Shown here: one piece after another, positions 29,836 through 39,711 of the stretch
Layout of the letters: each line of letters opens with the position of its first letter
Position numbering within the stretch: the first letter of the stretch is position 1
NCBI GenBank assembly: GCA_963668355.1
Contig: OY764265.1
Location: 64,001-128,000, forward strand
DNA length: 64,000 nucleotides
Source: Bdellovibrionota bacterium
GTDB taxonomy: Bacteria > Bdellovibrionota_G > JALEGL01 > DATDPG01
Direction: 5' to 3'
Notes under the pieces: generated by a model
Told to the model about the DNA's origin: nothing
What the model saw: the letters and a program-made list of their open reading frames with translations, nothing else
The model's database searches: none
Program-made: the position numbers and the translations under genes

Positions 29836-30546
29836 ATGCGGCTTGTTCACGTGACCTCTTTTTCCCTTCTTATCTTGATTGGCTTCCAAACGAAAGTCTG
29901 GGCCGAAGAAAAACCCTTTGCGTGTGCCATGAAGATTCAACCGGGTGAACCTGAAAACATTCCTTGTCGAGCAGATTCCGGAAACAAAGCTTTAAATGCC
30001 AAGGCGGTTGCTTTTGCCAGGCGGTTAAACGGGGCTTTTGGGATTCAGGCCAAAGTTTGCTTCTTGGATGATGACCCTCCCAATGCTTGGTCCCGAAACG
30101 ATCAAAGCATTTTGCTCGGTCGAAACCTCATCCGCAAAGAATTTGAAGAGCATGGAAACATCGCGCTTTTTGGCATTTTGGCCCACGAATGGGCGCATCA
30201 ATGGCAGTACTTGAACAAACCCGGAACAGTTATGGGAGGAACCTTGGCCGAACTCCAGGCCGATTGTGTCGCCGGATACCACCTGGGACAGTTTGGCCAA
30301 GTCACCGAAAATGAAGTTACGGCATTTACCAAGTCCTTGTTCCAGAAAGGCGACTATGCCTTCAACTCCCCTACCCACCATGGCACACCAGACACACGAA
30401 TACGTGTCATGCTTTGGGGCTTCAAAAAAGGACAAGAAAAGAGGATCCGTGCACAAACCATTTTCCAAGGCTGTCTGGAACAAGCCAGAACACTCTCTGA
30501 AAACGAAAAGCGAGACTCTTCGCCCGTCAAGGCATTGAAAAAATAA
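29836..30546 (+). CDS. Secreted neutral zinc metallopeptidase (YpfJ-like)
   Basis: Signal peptide; HEWAH, ELQADCVAG, HGTP..R. Confidence 0.8.
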   Translation: MRLVHVTSFSLLILIGFQTKVWAEEKPFACAMKIQPGEPENIPCRADSGNKALNAKAVAFARRLNGAFGIQAKVCFLDDDPPNAWSRNDQSILLGRNLIRKEFEEHGNIALFGILAHEWAHQWQYLNKPGTVMGGTLAELQADCVAGYHLGQFGQVTENEVTAFTKSLFQKGDYAFNSPTHHGTPDTRIRVMLWGFKKGQEKRIRAQTIFQGCLEQARTLSENEKRDSSPVKALKK

Positions 30547-30564
30547 TCTGGATTTCTTGGCGGA

Positions 30565-31560
30565 TTAAACCAAGCCCTTCCAACTATTGAGCATTTGGAT
30601 GTAGTTGGCTCGCTCGTAGGCTCTTGGGTCGGAACATTTTTCCAGCCCCATGCTGCCTTGCATTTGCTTCAACGATTCATACTCATTTTCTTCCAACCAC
30701 TTGGAAACGCCATCTTTCAGCCGAGTTAGATGCTCAGGACCTCGCGCCAACAGAGCGGAGACACATTGAACGGCATGAGCACCGGCCATGACCGCCTTGA
30801 TCGCATCTTGTGCCGTGTGAACACCTCCTGTGACCGCCAAGTTGGCCTTCACGCGGCCAGACAAAATGGCCAACCAACGCAAACGGAGCAACAACTCGCT
30901 CGAAGTGGACAGGTGCAAGGTGTGATTGACTTCCAATTCCTCCAAATCGAAATCGGGTTGATAGAAACGATTGAACAACACCAATGCATCCGCGCCGGCT
31001 TCATCCAATTGCTTGGCGAAATGCGCCAAAGAGGAATAGAACGGAGACAGTTTCACAGCCACCGGAAGGCCAACGCCCTTCACCTTCTTTACGACTTCCA
31101 AGGCTTGTTTTTCTAAGCTTTGGCCATCTTGGTTTAAATCTGTTGCCAACATGTAAAGATTCAATTCGATGGCATCCGCGCCCGCCTCTTTCATAAGCTT
31201 TGCGTAATCCAACCAACCCGACACCGTCGATCCGTTCAGTGAACTAATCACCGGCACCTTCACGGCTTCCTTGATCTTTCGGATCTGATTCAAATAGTCC
31301 TCCGGACCAATTCGATACGCCGAAGCTTCCGGAAAGAAGGAACTCGCTTCACCCGAAATATGGTTATGAGCGTCCATATGATGCGTAGCTCCCAAGCCTT
31401 CACCAATGATTTGTTCCTCAAAAAGAGAGTTCATGACAATGGCGGCTGCACCTGCATCTTCCAGCTTCTTTACGTGATCCAGGTCTGTAGCCATTGGAGA
31501 AGCTCCTGGCATAAAGGGATGGGGCAACTCAAAACCAAGATAGTTTGTGGTTAAATCCAT
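30565..31560 (-). CDS. Dihydroorotate dehydrogenase-like flavoprotein
   Basis: SLFEEQI, VKLSPF, FNRFYQPD, TGGVH, YERANY; directly downstream of nifJ. Confidence 0.88.
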   Translation of the reverse strand: MDLTTNYLGFELPHPFMPGASPMATDLDHVKKLEDAGAAAIVMNSLFEEQIIGEGLGATHHMDAHNHISGEASSFFPEASAYRIGPEDYLNQIRKIKEAVKVPVISSLNGSTVSGWLDYAKLMKEAGADAIELNLYMLATDLNQDGQSLEKQALEVVKKVKGVGLPVAVKLSPFYSSLAHFAKQLDEAGADALVLFNRFYQPDFDLEELEVNHTLHLSTSSELLLRLRWLAILSGRVKANLAVTGGVHTAQDAIKAVMAGAHAVQCVSALLARGPEHLTRLKDGVSKWLEENEYESLKQMQGSMGLEKCSDPRAYERANYIQMLNSWKGLV

Positions 31561-31572
31561 GATCTTCTCCTT

Positions 31573-34500
31573 CTAGTTGCTTTCTTTTGATTCTTCGGCC
31601 GTCGGATACGACAACGAGGCCATATGTTTATAAAGGGCGTAACGATTGCTCAAATTAATGCCGGCTTGTTTCACCAACTCTTTGAATCGTTTTGGATCCA
31701 CTTTTTCCGCCATGCGGAAACGCGTTTCGTTCTGCATATACTCCATGGCCGAAATTCTCGGAGCCGGAGAGTCTAACTGCAGAGGCGCTTTTCCTTCTTT
31801 GATTCGACGGGGGTCGAAACGATAGAGAGGCCAAATTCCGGAGTCCACGGCCATCTTCTGTTGATTCGGTCCGAAGGACAAATCATAACCATGTGCAATG
31901 CAATGGCTGTAAGCAATAATCAAGGAAGGACCATCATAAGATTCCGCCTCCACAAATGCTTTCACAGTTTGAGCGTCTTTTGCGCCCATCGCTACTTGAG
32001 CGACATACACGTGACCATACGTCATGGCCATGGCACCCAAATCTTTCTTACCCAATTCTTTTCCGGCGCTCGCGAATTTCGCCACCGCGCCAATGGGCGT
32101 AGCTTTGGACTGTTGTCCACCCGTATTGGAGTAAACCTCGGTATCCATGACCAACACATTCACATCTCGACCGGAGGCCAGGACGTGATCCAAACCACCG
32201 TAACCGATGTCATAAGCCCAGCCATCACCGCCAAAGGCCCAAACAGACTTCTTGACCAAGTAGTCAGCCAAAATATTCAAACGCTTGGCTTCTGAACTGC
32301 TCTCTCCTCCAATTTTCTTTCGGAGAATTTCGACGCGTTCACGTTGGGCGGCAATGCCTTCTTCTGTGGATTGATCGGCAGAGATCATCGCTTGAACGAG
32401 TTCATCTCCAACTTTGCCTCCCATGGTTTGCAGGAGTTGTTGAGCTTGCTCTTTGTGAAAATCTACGGCCAACCGAAATCCCATGGCGAACTCGGCATTG
32501 TCTTCAAACAAAGAGTTAGACCAAGCGGGACCCCGACCATTGGCATCCTTTGCATAAGGTGTGGTCGGCAAGTTTCCTCCGTAAATCGAAGAACATCCCG
32601 TCGCATTTCCGATGAGGGCTCGATCTCCAAAAAGTTGAGAGACCAATTTCACATACGGGGTCTCACCACATCCAGCACACGCTCCAGAATACTCGAAGAG
32701 CGGCAACATGAATTGCGAACCTTTCACATCCAATTTCAATTTGGTTCGATCCACCTCGGGAAGACTTAAGAAGAAATCATAATTGGCAACTTCTTGATCC
32801 CGTACAGGAGGTTGAGGAACCATATTGAGCGCTTTATGTTTGGGATTGCTCTTGTCTTTTGCAGGGCAAACCATCACGCAAACTTTACATCCCGTACAAT
32901 CTTCGGGAGCCACTTGAATCGTGAGTTTTTGATTCGGAAAGTCTTTCCCTCTAAAATCCACACTTTGGAAAGCTGTAGGAGCTTTCTCCAAAGCTGTCGG
33001 TTCGTAAATCTTGGAACGAATCGCAGCATGGGGGCAGGAAAGCACACATTTATTGCATTGAATGCAAATGCTGGCATCCCAAGCCGGAATATCCAACGCC
33101 AAATTTCGTTTTTCCCATTTGGTGGTTCCCGTGTCGTAGGTTCCATCCACAGGGAAAGCACTCACAGGAAGTAAATCCCCTTGATCCGACATCATCATCG
33201 AAGTGACCCGTTGCATGAAGTCCGGAGCTTCTTTGGGAACAATCGGAGGTCTGGGATCCACTTTTGGCAACTCCGAAGGAATGGTGGCCTCGAACATATG
33301 TTCCAAGCTCATGTCCACCGCAGCAAAGTTTCGTTTCACGACTTCCGCACCCCGTTTGGAATACGTTTTCTCAATGGCGTCTTTAATTTTCTGAATGGCC
33401 ACATCCTTGGGAAGCACACCTGAAATCGCGAAGAAACAGGTTTGCATGATCGTGTTGATCCTCAAACCCATCCCGGCATCTTTGGCAACCTTGTACGCAT
33501 CGATGACGTAAAACTTGAGTTCCTTTTCCTTGATCTGGGTTTGAATCTCCAACGGCAAATGAGCCCAAACTTCGTCCTTGCTATACGCCGTGTTCAATAA
33601 GAACGTTCCACCTTTTGTGGCCGTTTTGAGAACGTCCGTTTTCTCTAAGAAAACCGGTTGATGGCAGGCGACGAAGCTAGCTTTATTAACCAGATAAGTC
33701 GACTGGATGGGTCTCGGGCCAAAACGCAAATGGGACGTGGTCATGGCCCCAGATTTTTTGGAGTCATACACAAAGTATCCTTGGGCATAGAGATCTGTTC
33801 CCTCCCCAATGATTTTAATGGAGTTCTTGTTGGCTCCAACGGTTCCATCTGAACCCAAACCATAAAAGACGGCGCGAACCACATCGTCCGGCTCCACCGA
33901 AAAATCTGGATCATAATCCAACGAAAGCTTCGTTACGTCGTCTTGGATACCAATGGTGAAGTGGTTCTTGGGTTTATCTTTTCCGAGTTCATCAAAAACG
34001 CCTTTGACCATCGCCGGATTGAATTCTTTGGAAGACAAACCATAACGACCTCCACGAACCATCGGCATGGAATCTGTCGTCAACGTTCCCATTTCTTGGG
34101 CCTCTTGGAGAGCCGTCAACACATCCAAATAAAGAGGTTCGCCCAATGCACCGGGTTCTTTGGTTCGATCCAAAACCGAGATCTTCTTAACGGTTTTGGG
34201 AAGCGCTTTCAAAAACGCTTCACTATAGAAAGGACGATAAAGACGGATTTTAATCAAGCCAACTTTCTCACCCTTAGCCACCGCCCAGTCAATATACTCG
34301 TGAGCCGCTTCGGCTCCCGATCCCATCATCACAATGACTTTTTCGGCATCCGGTGCACCGACATAGTCAAAGAGGTGATATTGACGTCCCGTGATCTTGG
34401 CGAATTCATCCATCACCTTTTGCACGGCTTGAGGGCATTTATCATAAAATGTATTGCAGGCTTCCCGAGCTTGGAAAAAGGTATCGGGGTTTTGAGCGGT

Positions 34501-35154
34501 TCCTCGAAGGAGTGGTCGGTCCGGAGTCAGCGCCCGATCCCGATGTGCTTTGACCAACTCATCTTTGATCAATTCACGAAGTTGTTCATCCGGAATCTCT
34601 TGGATCTTGGACAATTCATGCGAAGAGCGAAAACCATCGAAGAAATGAAGGAAGGGCACGCGCGTTTCCAAGGTTGCAGCATGGCTGATGGCCGCCATAT
34701 CATGAATCTCTTGAATGGATCCCGAAGCCGTCATCGCAAAACCGGTCTGGCGACAAGCCATGACATCCGAGTGATCTCCAAAAATGGACAAGGCGTGAGT
34801 GGCTACCGTCCGGGCAGAAACATGCATGCAGAACGAGGTCAATTCACCGGCAATTTTGTACATATTGGGAATCATCAAGAGCAAGCCTTGAGAAGCCGTG
34901 AAGGTCGTGGTTAAAGAACCGGCCTGCAAAGCTCCGTGGACAGCTCCAGAAGCTCCACCTTCGGATTGCATTTCCGTAATATCTGGAACAATTCCCCAAA
35001 CATTGGGTTTCTTGTAGGTCGCCCAAGCATCTGAGAACTCTCCCATCGGGGAAGATGGGGTGATGGGGTAAATCGCAATGACTTCGCTCATGCGATAAGC
35101 GCTGGATGCAGCTGCTTCATTTCCGTCGATCGTGATAACTTTCTTCGTAGCCAA
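31573..35154 (-). CDS. nifJ: Pyruvate:ferredoxin (flavodoxin) oxidoreductase
   Basis: YPITPSS, GLGSDGTVGANK, two 4Fe-4S motifs, GACAGCGE, GGDGWAYDIG, YSNTGGQ. Confidence 0.96.
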   Translation of the reverse strand: MATKKVITIDGNEAAASSAYRMSEVIAIYPITPSSPMGEFSDAWATYKKPNVWGIVPDITEMQSEGGASGAVHGALQAGSLTTTFTASQGLLLMIPNMYKIAGELTSFCMHVSARTVATHALSIFGDHSDVMACRQTGFAMTASGSIQEIHDMAAISHAATLETRVPFLHFFDGFRSSHELSKIQEIPDEQLRELIKDELVKAHRDRALTPDRPLLRGTAQNPDTFFQAREACNTFYDKCPQAVQKVMDEFAKITGRQYHLFDYVGAPDAEKVIVMMGSGAEAAHEYIDWAVAKGEKVGLIKIRLYRPFYSEAFLKALPKTVKKISVLDRTKEPGALGEPLYLDVLTALQEAQEMGTLTTDSMPMVRGGRYGLSSKEFNPAMVKGVFDELGKDKPKNHFTIGIQDDVTKLSLDYDPDFSVEPDDVVRAVFYGLGSDGTVGANKNSIKIIGEGTDLYAQGYFVYDSKKSGAMTTSHLRFGPRPIQSTYLVNKASFVACHQPVFLEKTDVLKTATKGGTFLLNTAYSKDEVWAHLPLEIQTQIKEKELKFYVIDAYKVAKDAGMGLRINTIMQTCFFAISGVLPKDVAIQKIKDAIEKTYSKRGAEVVKRNFAAVDMSLEHMFEATIPSELPKVDPRPPIVPKEAPDFMQRVTSMMMSDQGDLLPVSAFPVDGTYDTGTTKWEKRNLALDIPAWDASICIQCNKCVLSCPHAAIRSKIYEPTALEKAPTAFQSVDFRGKDFPNQKLTIQVAPEDCTGCKVCVMVCPAKDKSNPKHKALNMVPQPPVRDQEVANYDFFLSLPEVDRTKLKLDVKGSQFMLPLFEYSGACAGCGETPYVKLVSQLFGDRALIGNATGCSSIYGGNLPTTPYAKDANGRGPAWSNSLFEDNAEFAMGFRLAVDFHKEQAQQLLQTMGGKVGDELVQAMISADQSTEEGIAAQRERVEILRKKIGGESSSEAKRLNILADYLVKKSVWAFGGDGWAYDIGYGGLDHVLASGRDVNVLVMDTEVYSNTGGQQSKATPIGAVAKFASAGKELGKKDLGAMAMTYGHVYVAQVAMGAKDAQTVKAFVEAESYDGPSLIIAYSHCIAHGYDLSFGPNQQKMAVDSGIWPLYRFDPRRIKEGKAPLQLDSPAPRISAMEYMQNETRFRMAEKVDPKRFKELVKQAGINLSNRYALYKHMASLSYPTAEESKESN

Positions 35155-35409
35155 TGGGCTATCCTCCTTAAATAGTGTCCGGCAAAAAACCGGACAAGAA
35201 CCTATTCAATTTTTGCAAATAAACACTGACGCACATCAGAGTTCCTTTATTCGGACATATTTTCCGAAACCCTTCTACTCCTCTTGATCCCTCCCCTCAA
35301 GAAAGAACCCTTTCAAGTTACGCGGCGCAGAAACTCGACGCGCTTTGAGGTTTTTTTGGTGATGGGTGCTTTGTGATATAAGTCGAATCACTTCGGAGGA
35401 AATGCGTTC

Positions 35410-35775
35410 ATGTTAAAACAGTTGTGGCTGATCATTCTTGGGGTTTCCGTATGTTATGTGGGAAATGTCCCCCAAACGCGTGCCGAAGACCTCATGGAAG
35501 CCGAAGACATTTACAAAATGCAATGCAAACGCTGTCACGGAGCCCAAGGGCAAGGAAATTCCAAGATGCTCCGATTTCTTCGCTTGCAGGACCGAGGACC
35601 AGAGGTGTTAAGCCTTTTGAAAGACGATGTAAAAAACATGAAGGATGAAGAAATCACACATGTTATTCTGGAGGGAAAAGGGAAGAAAATGAAACCCTTT
35701 AAAGACAAACTTTCGCGTCCCCAAGCCTCGGATCTCACGAAACTCATTCGAAAACTCCAGAAAGCCCCACAATAA
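35410..35775 (+). CDS. Monoheme class I cytochrome c
   Basis: Signal peptide, CKRCH, distal MKPF. Confidence 0.88.
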   Translation: MLKQLWLIILGVSVCYVGNVPQTRAEDLMEAEDIYKMQCKRCHGAQGQGNSKMLRFLRLQDRGPEVLSLLKDDVKNMKDEEITHVILEGKGKKMKPFKDKLSRPQASDLTKLIRKLQKAPQ

Positions 35776-35787
35776 CCCAGGAGATTT

Positions 35788-36225
35788 GTGCCCAAACTCA
35801 TTCACCGACGAACGTTTCTCAATCGCCTGTTGGGGGGGGCTGCACTTGCGTGGCTGGGAAGTGTTCTTTACCCCATCACGCGATACCTCTTTCCACCCCA
35901 AAAAGCCTTCCAATCGGAAACGCCGGCCAAGGTCGCCAAGGTTTCTCTGTTTCCCCGAAACAGCGGAAAGATTGTCAAATTTGGGAATAAACCGGCCCTC
36001 CTTCTTCGATCTCAAGAAGGGACATTCAAAGCCTTCACAGCCAAGTGCACACATTTGGATTGCTTGGTTCAATATCGTCCCGAAGATCAAAAAATCTGGT
36101 GTGCCTGTCACAACGGCGTCTTTGATCTCAATGGGAAAAACATTTCCGGCCCGCCTCCATCCCCTTTGGAGGAATACGCCGTAAGAATTGAGGGAGATGA
36201 TGTCATCATCCAGCGGCAAAGTTAA
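35788..36225 (+). CDS. Rieske 2Fe-2S subunit
   Basis: Tat-like RRTFL, CTHLDC, CACH, GPPP.PL. Confidence 0.92.
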   Translation: MPKLIHRRTFLNRLLGGAALAWLGSVLYPITRYLFPPQKAFQSETPAKVAKVSLFPRNSGKIVKFGNKPALLLRSQEGTFKAFTAKCTHLDCLVQYRPEDQKIWCACHNGVFDLNGKNISGPPPSPLEEYAVRIEGDDVIIQRQS

Positions 36226-37276
36226 AACGTGGTTGGAAGAACGTTACCCCCTCGCTCCTCTTCTCAAATGGGCCAAAGAAAAAACGGTTCCCGCAGGGCG
36301 ATCCAGTCTTTGGTATTACTTCGGCGGTCTGGCTCTGTTTTTGTTCTCCCTCCAACTCATCACCGGCATCCTTCTCATGCTCTATTATAGAGCCGGAGTG
36401 GATACCGCTTTTGAAAGCGTTCACTTCATCACGACCAAAGTCCCGTTTGGTTGGCTGGTTCGTTCCGTTCATGCTTGGGCAGGAGACCTTCTGATTCTCA
36501 CGGCCATTCTTCACATGTTCAGTGCTTTTTTCATGAGGGCTTATGAAAAACCCCGAGAGCTCACCTGGTTTACGGGCGTCTTTCTGCTTCTCATTTTGCT
36601 GGCCTTTGGTTTTAGCGGCTACCTATTGCCTTGGAATGAGCTTTCGTTTTTTGCGACAAAAGTCGGGACCGACATCCTTCGAGTGATTCCCTTCCTTGGA
36701 GACACCCTTGTAGAGCTCCTTCGAGGAGGTGAAGAGGTCGCCGGAGCGACCCTCCAACGATTTTATGCTGTGCACGTGATTGTTCTTCCCCTTCTTCTGC
36801 TCGGAATCATGGGGATTCACCTTCTCTTTGTTCAAATCCAAGGCATGCATGAGCCCAAAGACTGGGAAAATCAACCCGAAAAAAAGAAGACAATTCCTTT
36901 CTTCCCCCACTTTGTTTTGAGAGATGTTTTCCTTTGGTGCATCGTTTTGAATCTCTTGGCGATCTTGGCTTTTCTGTATCCTGCCCATTTGGGGATCAAA
37001 GCCGACGCGTTCACCCCCCCTCCGGCCGGAATTCGACCTGAGTGGTATTTTCTCTGGGCCTATCAAGTTCTCAAAATGCTTCCAGCTCACATGGGCTTTG
37101 TGGACGGCGAAACCTTAGGCGTATTTGGAATGTCTTTGGGATTTCTTCTCTGGTTACTGGTTCCGTGGATTGATTCCGAAAAACATCCGAAATGGAGCCG
37201 CTGGATCCAGGTTTTGGGCATTCTTCTTCTGGTCTTTTTAATCACGATGACAATTCTGGGGTATATCTTGCCATGA
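36197..37276 (+). CDS. Cytochrome b (b6-like N-part fused to subunit IV)
   Basis: Four heme His, GYLLPW, PEWY. Confidence 0.92.
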   Translation: MMSSSSGKVKTWLEERYPLAPLLKWAKEKTVPAGRSSLWYYFGGLALFLFSLQLITGILLMLYYRAGVDTAFESVHFITTKVPFGWLVRSVHAWAGDLLILTAILHMFSAFFMRAYEKPRELTWFTGVFLLLILLAFGFSGYLLPWNELSFFATKVGTDILRVIPFLGDTLVELLRGGEEVAGATLQRFYAVHVIVLPLLLLGIMGIHLLFVQIQGMHEPKDWENQPEKKKTIPFFPHFVLRDVFLWCIVLNLLAILAFLYPAHLGIKADAFTPPPAGIRPEWYFLWAYQVLKMLPAHMGFVDGETLGVFGMSLGFLLWLLVPWIDSEKHPKWSRWIQVLGILLLVFLITMTILGYILP

Positions 37277-38085
37277 GGTGGCTCTTTTTCTTCGCAACTC
37301 TTTCTTTGAGCACTTCCGTTTTCGCAGAAGAGAACGCGTGCATCACCTGTCATGACCTCTTGGATGATGAAGCCGCTACGAAATGGTCTCAAAATATCCA
37401 CGCGAAATCAGGAATGCATTGTGTGGATTGTCATGGAGGAGACCCTTCCCAAAACGACTTTGAACTCGCCAAAACGAAAGAAGCGGGCTTTGTCGGCATT
37501 CCCATGCCCCGAACCATCCCCACGCTCTGCGGAAGTTGCCATGCGAAAGAAGCCAAGCTCTTTCTCGAAAGTCCCATGGCCGAGCCTCTCATGACCAATC
37601 GCTACATGGCTTGCGTTAGCTGTCACACCGGACACCGCATTGAGACCTTAATCCAGGGAAAGGTCGGGCCGACGTGCAAAACCTGTCATTCAAACGGGGA
37701 GCCTGGTCTCGTGTTTGCGAAAACCTATGAAGCGTCCTTTTCAAATATCCAAAAGAAAAAGAAGGCTTTGGAAACAGCCATGACTGTGCATAAAGCTCGA
37801 GGAATGGATACTGAATCCATCGAACATGAGCTTGAGTTTGTAAACAATGCATTAAATCAAGCCCGCGTCACACTTCATTCCTTTGATTTTGTGCCCGTTC
37901 ACGCTCACCTTTCCAAAGGTCTTCAGTTTTTGAAAAAAGCGGAAAAAGCGAATGAGCACCTCAGACAAAAGTACGAAAAGAGGAGAAGTGGTTTGATATT
38001 CAGCTCCATTCTTCTTCTCATGCTCACGATTTTACTTGGCTGGAAAATACGAACCCTCCCAACGAAGGAGAACCATCATGAATAA
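37273..38085 (+). CDS. Pentaheme c-type cytochrome with a coiled coil and C-terminal TM anchor
   Basis: CITCH, CVDCH, CGSCH, CVSCH, CKTCH; signal peptide; ATGA overlap with cytochrome b. Confidence 0.88.
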   Translation: MRWLFFFATLSLSTSVFAEENACITCHDLLDDEAATKWSQNIHAKSGMHCVDCHGGDPSQNDFELAKTKEAGFVGIPMPRTIPTLCGSCHAKEAKLFLESPMAEPLMTNRYMACVSCHTGHRIETLIQGKVGPTCKTCHSNGEPGLVFAKTYEASFSNIQKKKKALETAMTVHKARGMDTESIEHELEFVNNALNQARVTLHSFDFVPVHAHLSKGLQFLKKAEKANEHLRQKYEKRRSGLIFSSILLLMLTILLGWKIRTLPTKENHHE

Positions 38086-39148
38086 TTGGTTTGCCCACCC
38101 CATTTTCCAAGAAAAAATTTACGAAGTTTCTCTCACCCATTGGATCTGGATCTTGGCGCTTTGGGCTCTGTTATCCGTAGGGTTCATTACGTTGGTTTGC
38201 CTCTTGAAACGAGGGTTCTCAAAGCGAACCCAATCTTCGGGTTTAGTCTTCGACGAACTTTTTTATCTTTTGACCACGAAAACCCATCGTTTTTTTCTAA
38301 TTCCTCTCGCTCTGTTCATCACCTTTCTCGTCTTTGACGTGCCCCAAAAAGTTTTTCACCCCATAAAATTGTTTATGGTTCTGCTTTTCTTCATCCAAAT
38401 CGGACAGTGGGCCTCGGCTCTCATCAAACTCGGAGGACAACGCGCGGCGAACCGAGGAACCTCTGGAGAAAGCATTCCCGAAACTACGATCAATGCCATC
38501 AGTTTCATTGCCAAACTGCTTTTGTGGACCTTCCTGCTTCTCCTAACCCTGGATAATTTTGGTGTCGACATCACTGCGCTGGTCACGGGATTAGGCATTG
38601 GAGGTATTGCCGTTGCCTTGGCGGTTCAAAATGTTTTGGGGGACCTTTTCGCTTACCTCTCCATCGCCATCGACCGACCGTTTGCTCTGGGAGATTTTCT
38701 CATTCTGGATCCTCAAATGGGAACGGTGGAAAAAATCGGTCTCAAAACGACCCGCATTCGAAGTTTGTCCGGGGAACAAATCATTGTTTCCAACAGCGAC
38801 CTTCTCAACAGTCGGATTCGAAACTACAAGCGCATGAGCGAACGGCGCGTTTTGTTCAAAGTGGGCGTGATTTACCAAACCCCAAAAGAAAAATTAAACA
38901 AGATCCCTCAAATCTTAAAAGACGCCGTATCCCAACAAGAACGTGTGCGATTTGACCGTGCCCACTTCCAAAAATTTGGCGATTTCTCCTTGGATTTTGA
39001 AATTGTCTATTACGTCCTCGACCCGGACTACAATATCTACATGGACATTCAACAGGCCATCAACTTCGCCATTCATTCGGAATTCGCCAAAGAAGGAATC
39101 GAGTTTGCCTATCCCACACAAACCCTATTTTTGGAAAAAACGTCCTAA
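38078..39148 (+). CDS. MscS-family mechanosensitive channel
   Basis: GLGIGGIAVALAVQN, DRPF.LGD, IGLKTTRIRSLSGE. Confidence 0.92.
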   Translation: MNNWFAHPIFQEKIYEVSLTHWIWILALWALLSVGFITLVCLLKRGFSKRTQSSGLVFDELFYLLTTKTHRFFLIPLALFITFLVFDVPQKVFHPIKLFMVLLFFIQIGQWASALIKLGGQRAANRGTSGESIPETTINAISFIAKLLLWTFLLLLTLDNFGVDITALVTGLGIGGIAVALAVQNVLGDLFAYLSIAIDRPFALGDFLILDPQMGTVEKIGLKTTRIRSLSGEQIIVSNSDLLNSRIRNYKRMSERRVLFKVGVIYQTPKEKLNKIPQILKDAVSQQERVRFDRAHFQKFGDFSLDFEIVYYVLDPDYNIYMDIQQAINFAIHSEFAKEGIEFAYPTQTLFLEKTS

Positions 39149-39711
39149 ACGTTGCGCCCCTTGATTCCGAGTTCATCGGCGTGGGGTTTGAGGGCATCGA
39201 TCACAAGTTGAATATGATCGGTCATGTCGGCGCAAAGCATCTCAACACCAGCGCGAATTTCGTTTCGGTCCACTTTGGCCGCAAAATGTTTATCCTTTAA
39301 ACGTTTCTTCACGCTCTTGGGAGCCAGGGTGGTGATTCCATCGGGTCGAATCAAAGACGCGGCAATGACAAACCCCGTAAGTTCATCGCACGCAAGCAAA
39401 GCTTTATCCAATTGGGTTTCATACGGCACGCCCCAAGTTGTGTAATGCGCTGAAATGGCATGCGCCATCTCTTCTTCCTTTCGTTCCCGAAGCCAAGCCA
39501 CAATCCGGTTGGGATGATCCTCCGGCCATTTTTCGTAATCGGCGTCATGCAAAAGACCGGCAATGCCCCACTTCTCTTCGTCTTCTGTACCCTTCCCATA
39601 AATATGGGCTGCTCGGCGCATGACGATTTCCACAGCCAATGCATGCTTTCTCAACGCATCCGTTTGAGTCCATTCACATAAATGCGCCCAAGCTTCTTCT
39701 CGCGAAATCAT
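39145..39711 (-). CDS. HD-domain hydrolase (HDIG-like)
   Basis: LRKHALAV, GLLHDAD, ACDELTG. Confidence 0.85.
   Translation of the reverse strand: MISREEAWAHLCEWTQTDALRKHALAVEIVMRRAAHIYGKGTEDEEKWGIAGLLHDADYEKWPEDHPNRIVAWLRERKEEEMAHAISAHYTTWGVPYETQLDKALLACDELTGFVIAASLIRPDGITTLAPKSVKKRLKDKHFAAKVDRNEIRAGVEMLCADMTDHIQLVIDALKPHADELGIKGRNV

Noticed and set aside
33943..34914. 323-aa + strand ORF (likewise 43340-44428 minus and 59329-60225 plus)
   Set aside because: These are antisense shadows of nifJ, EF-G and pepT with no motifs of their own.
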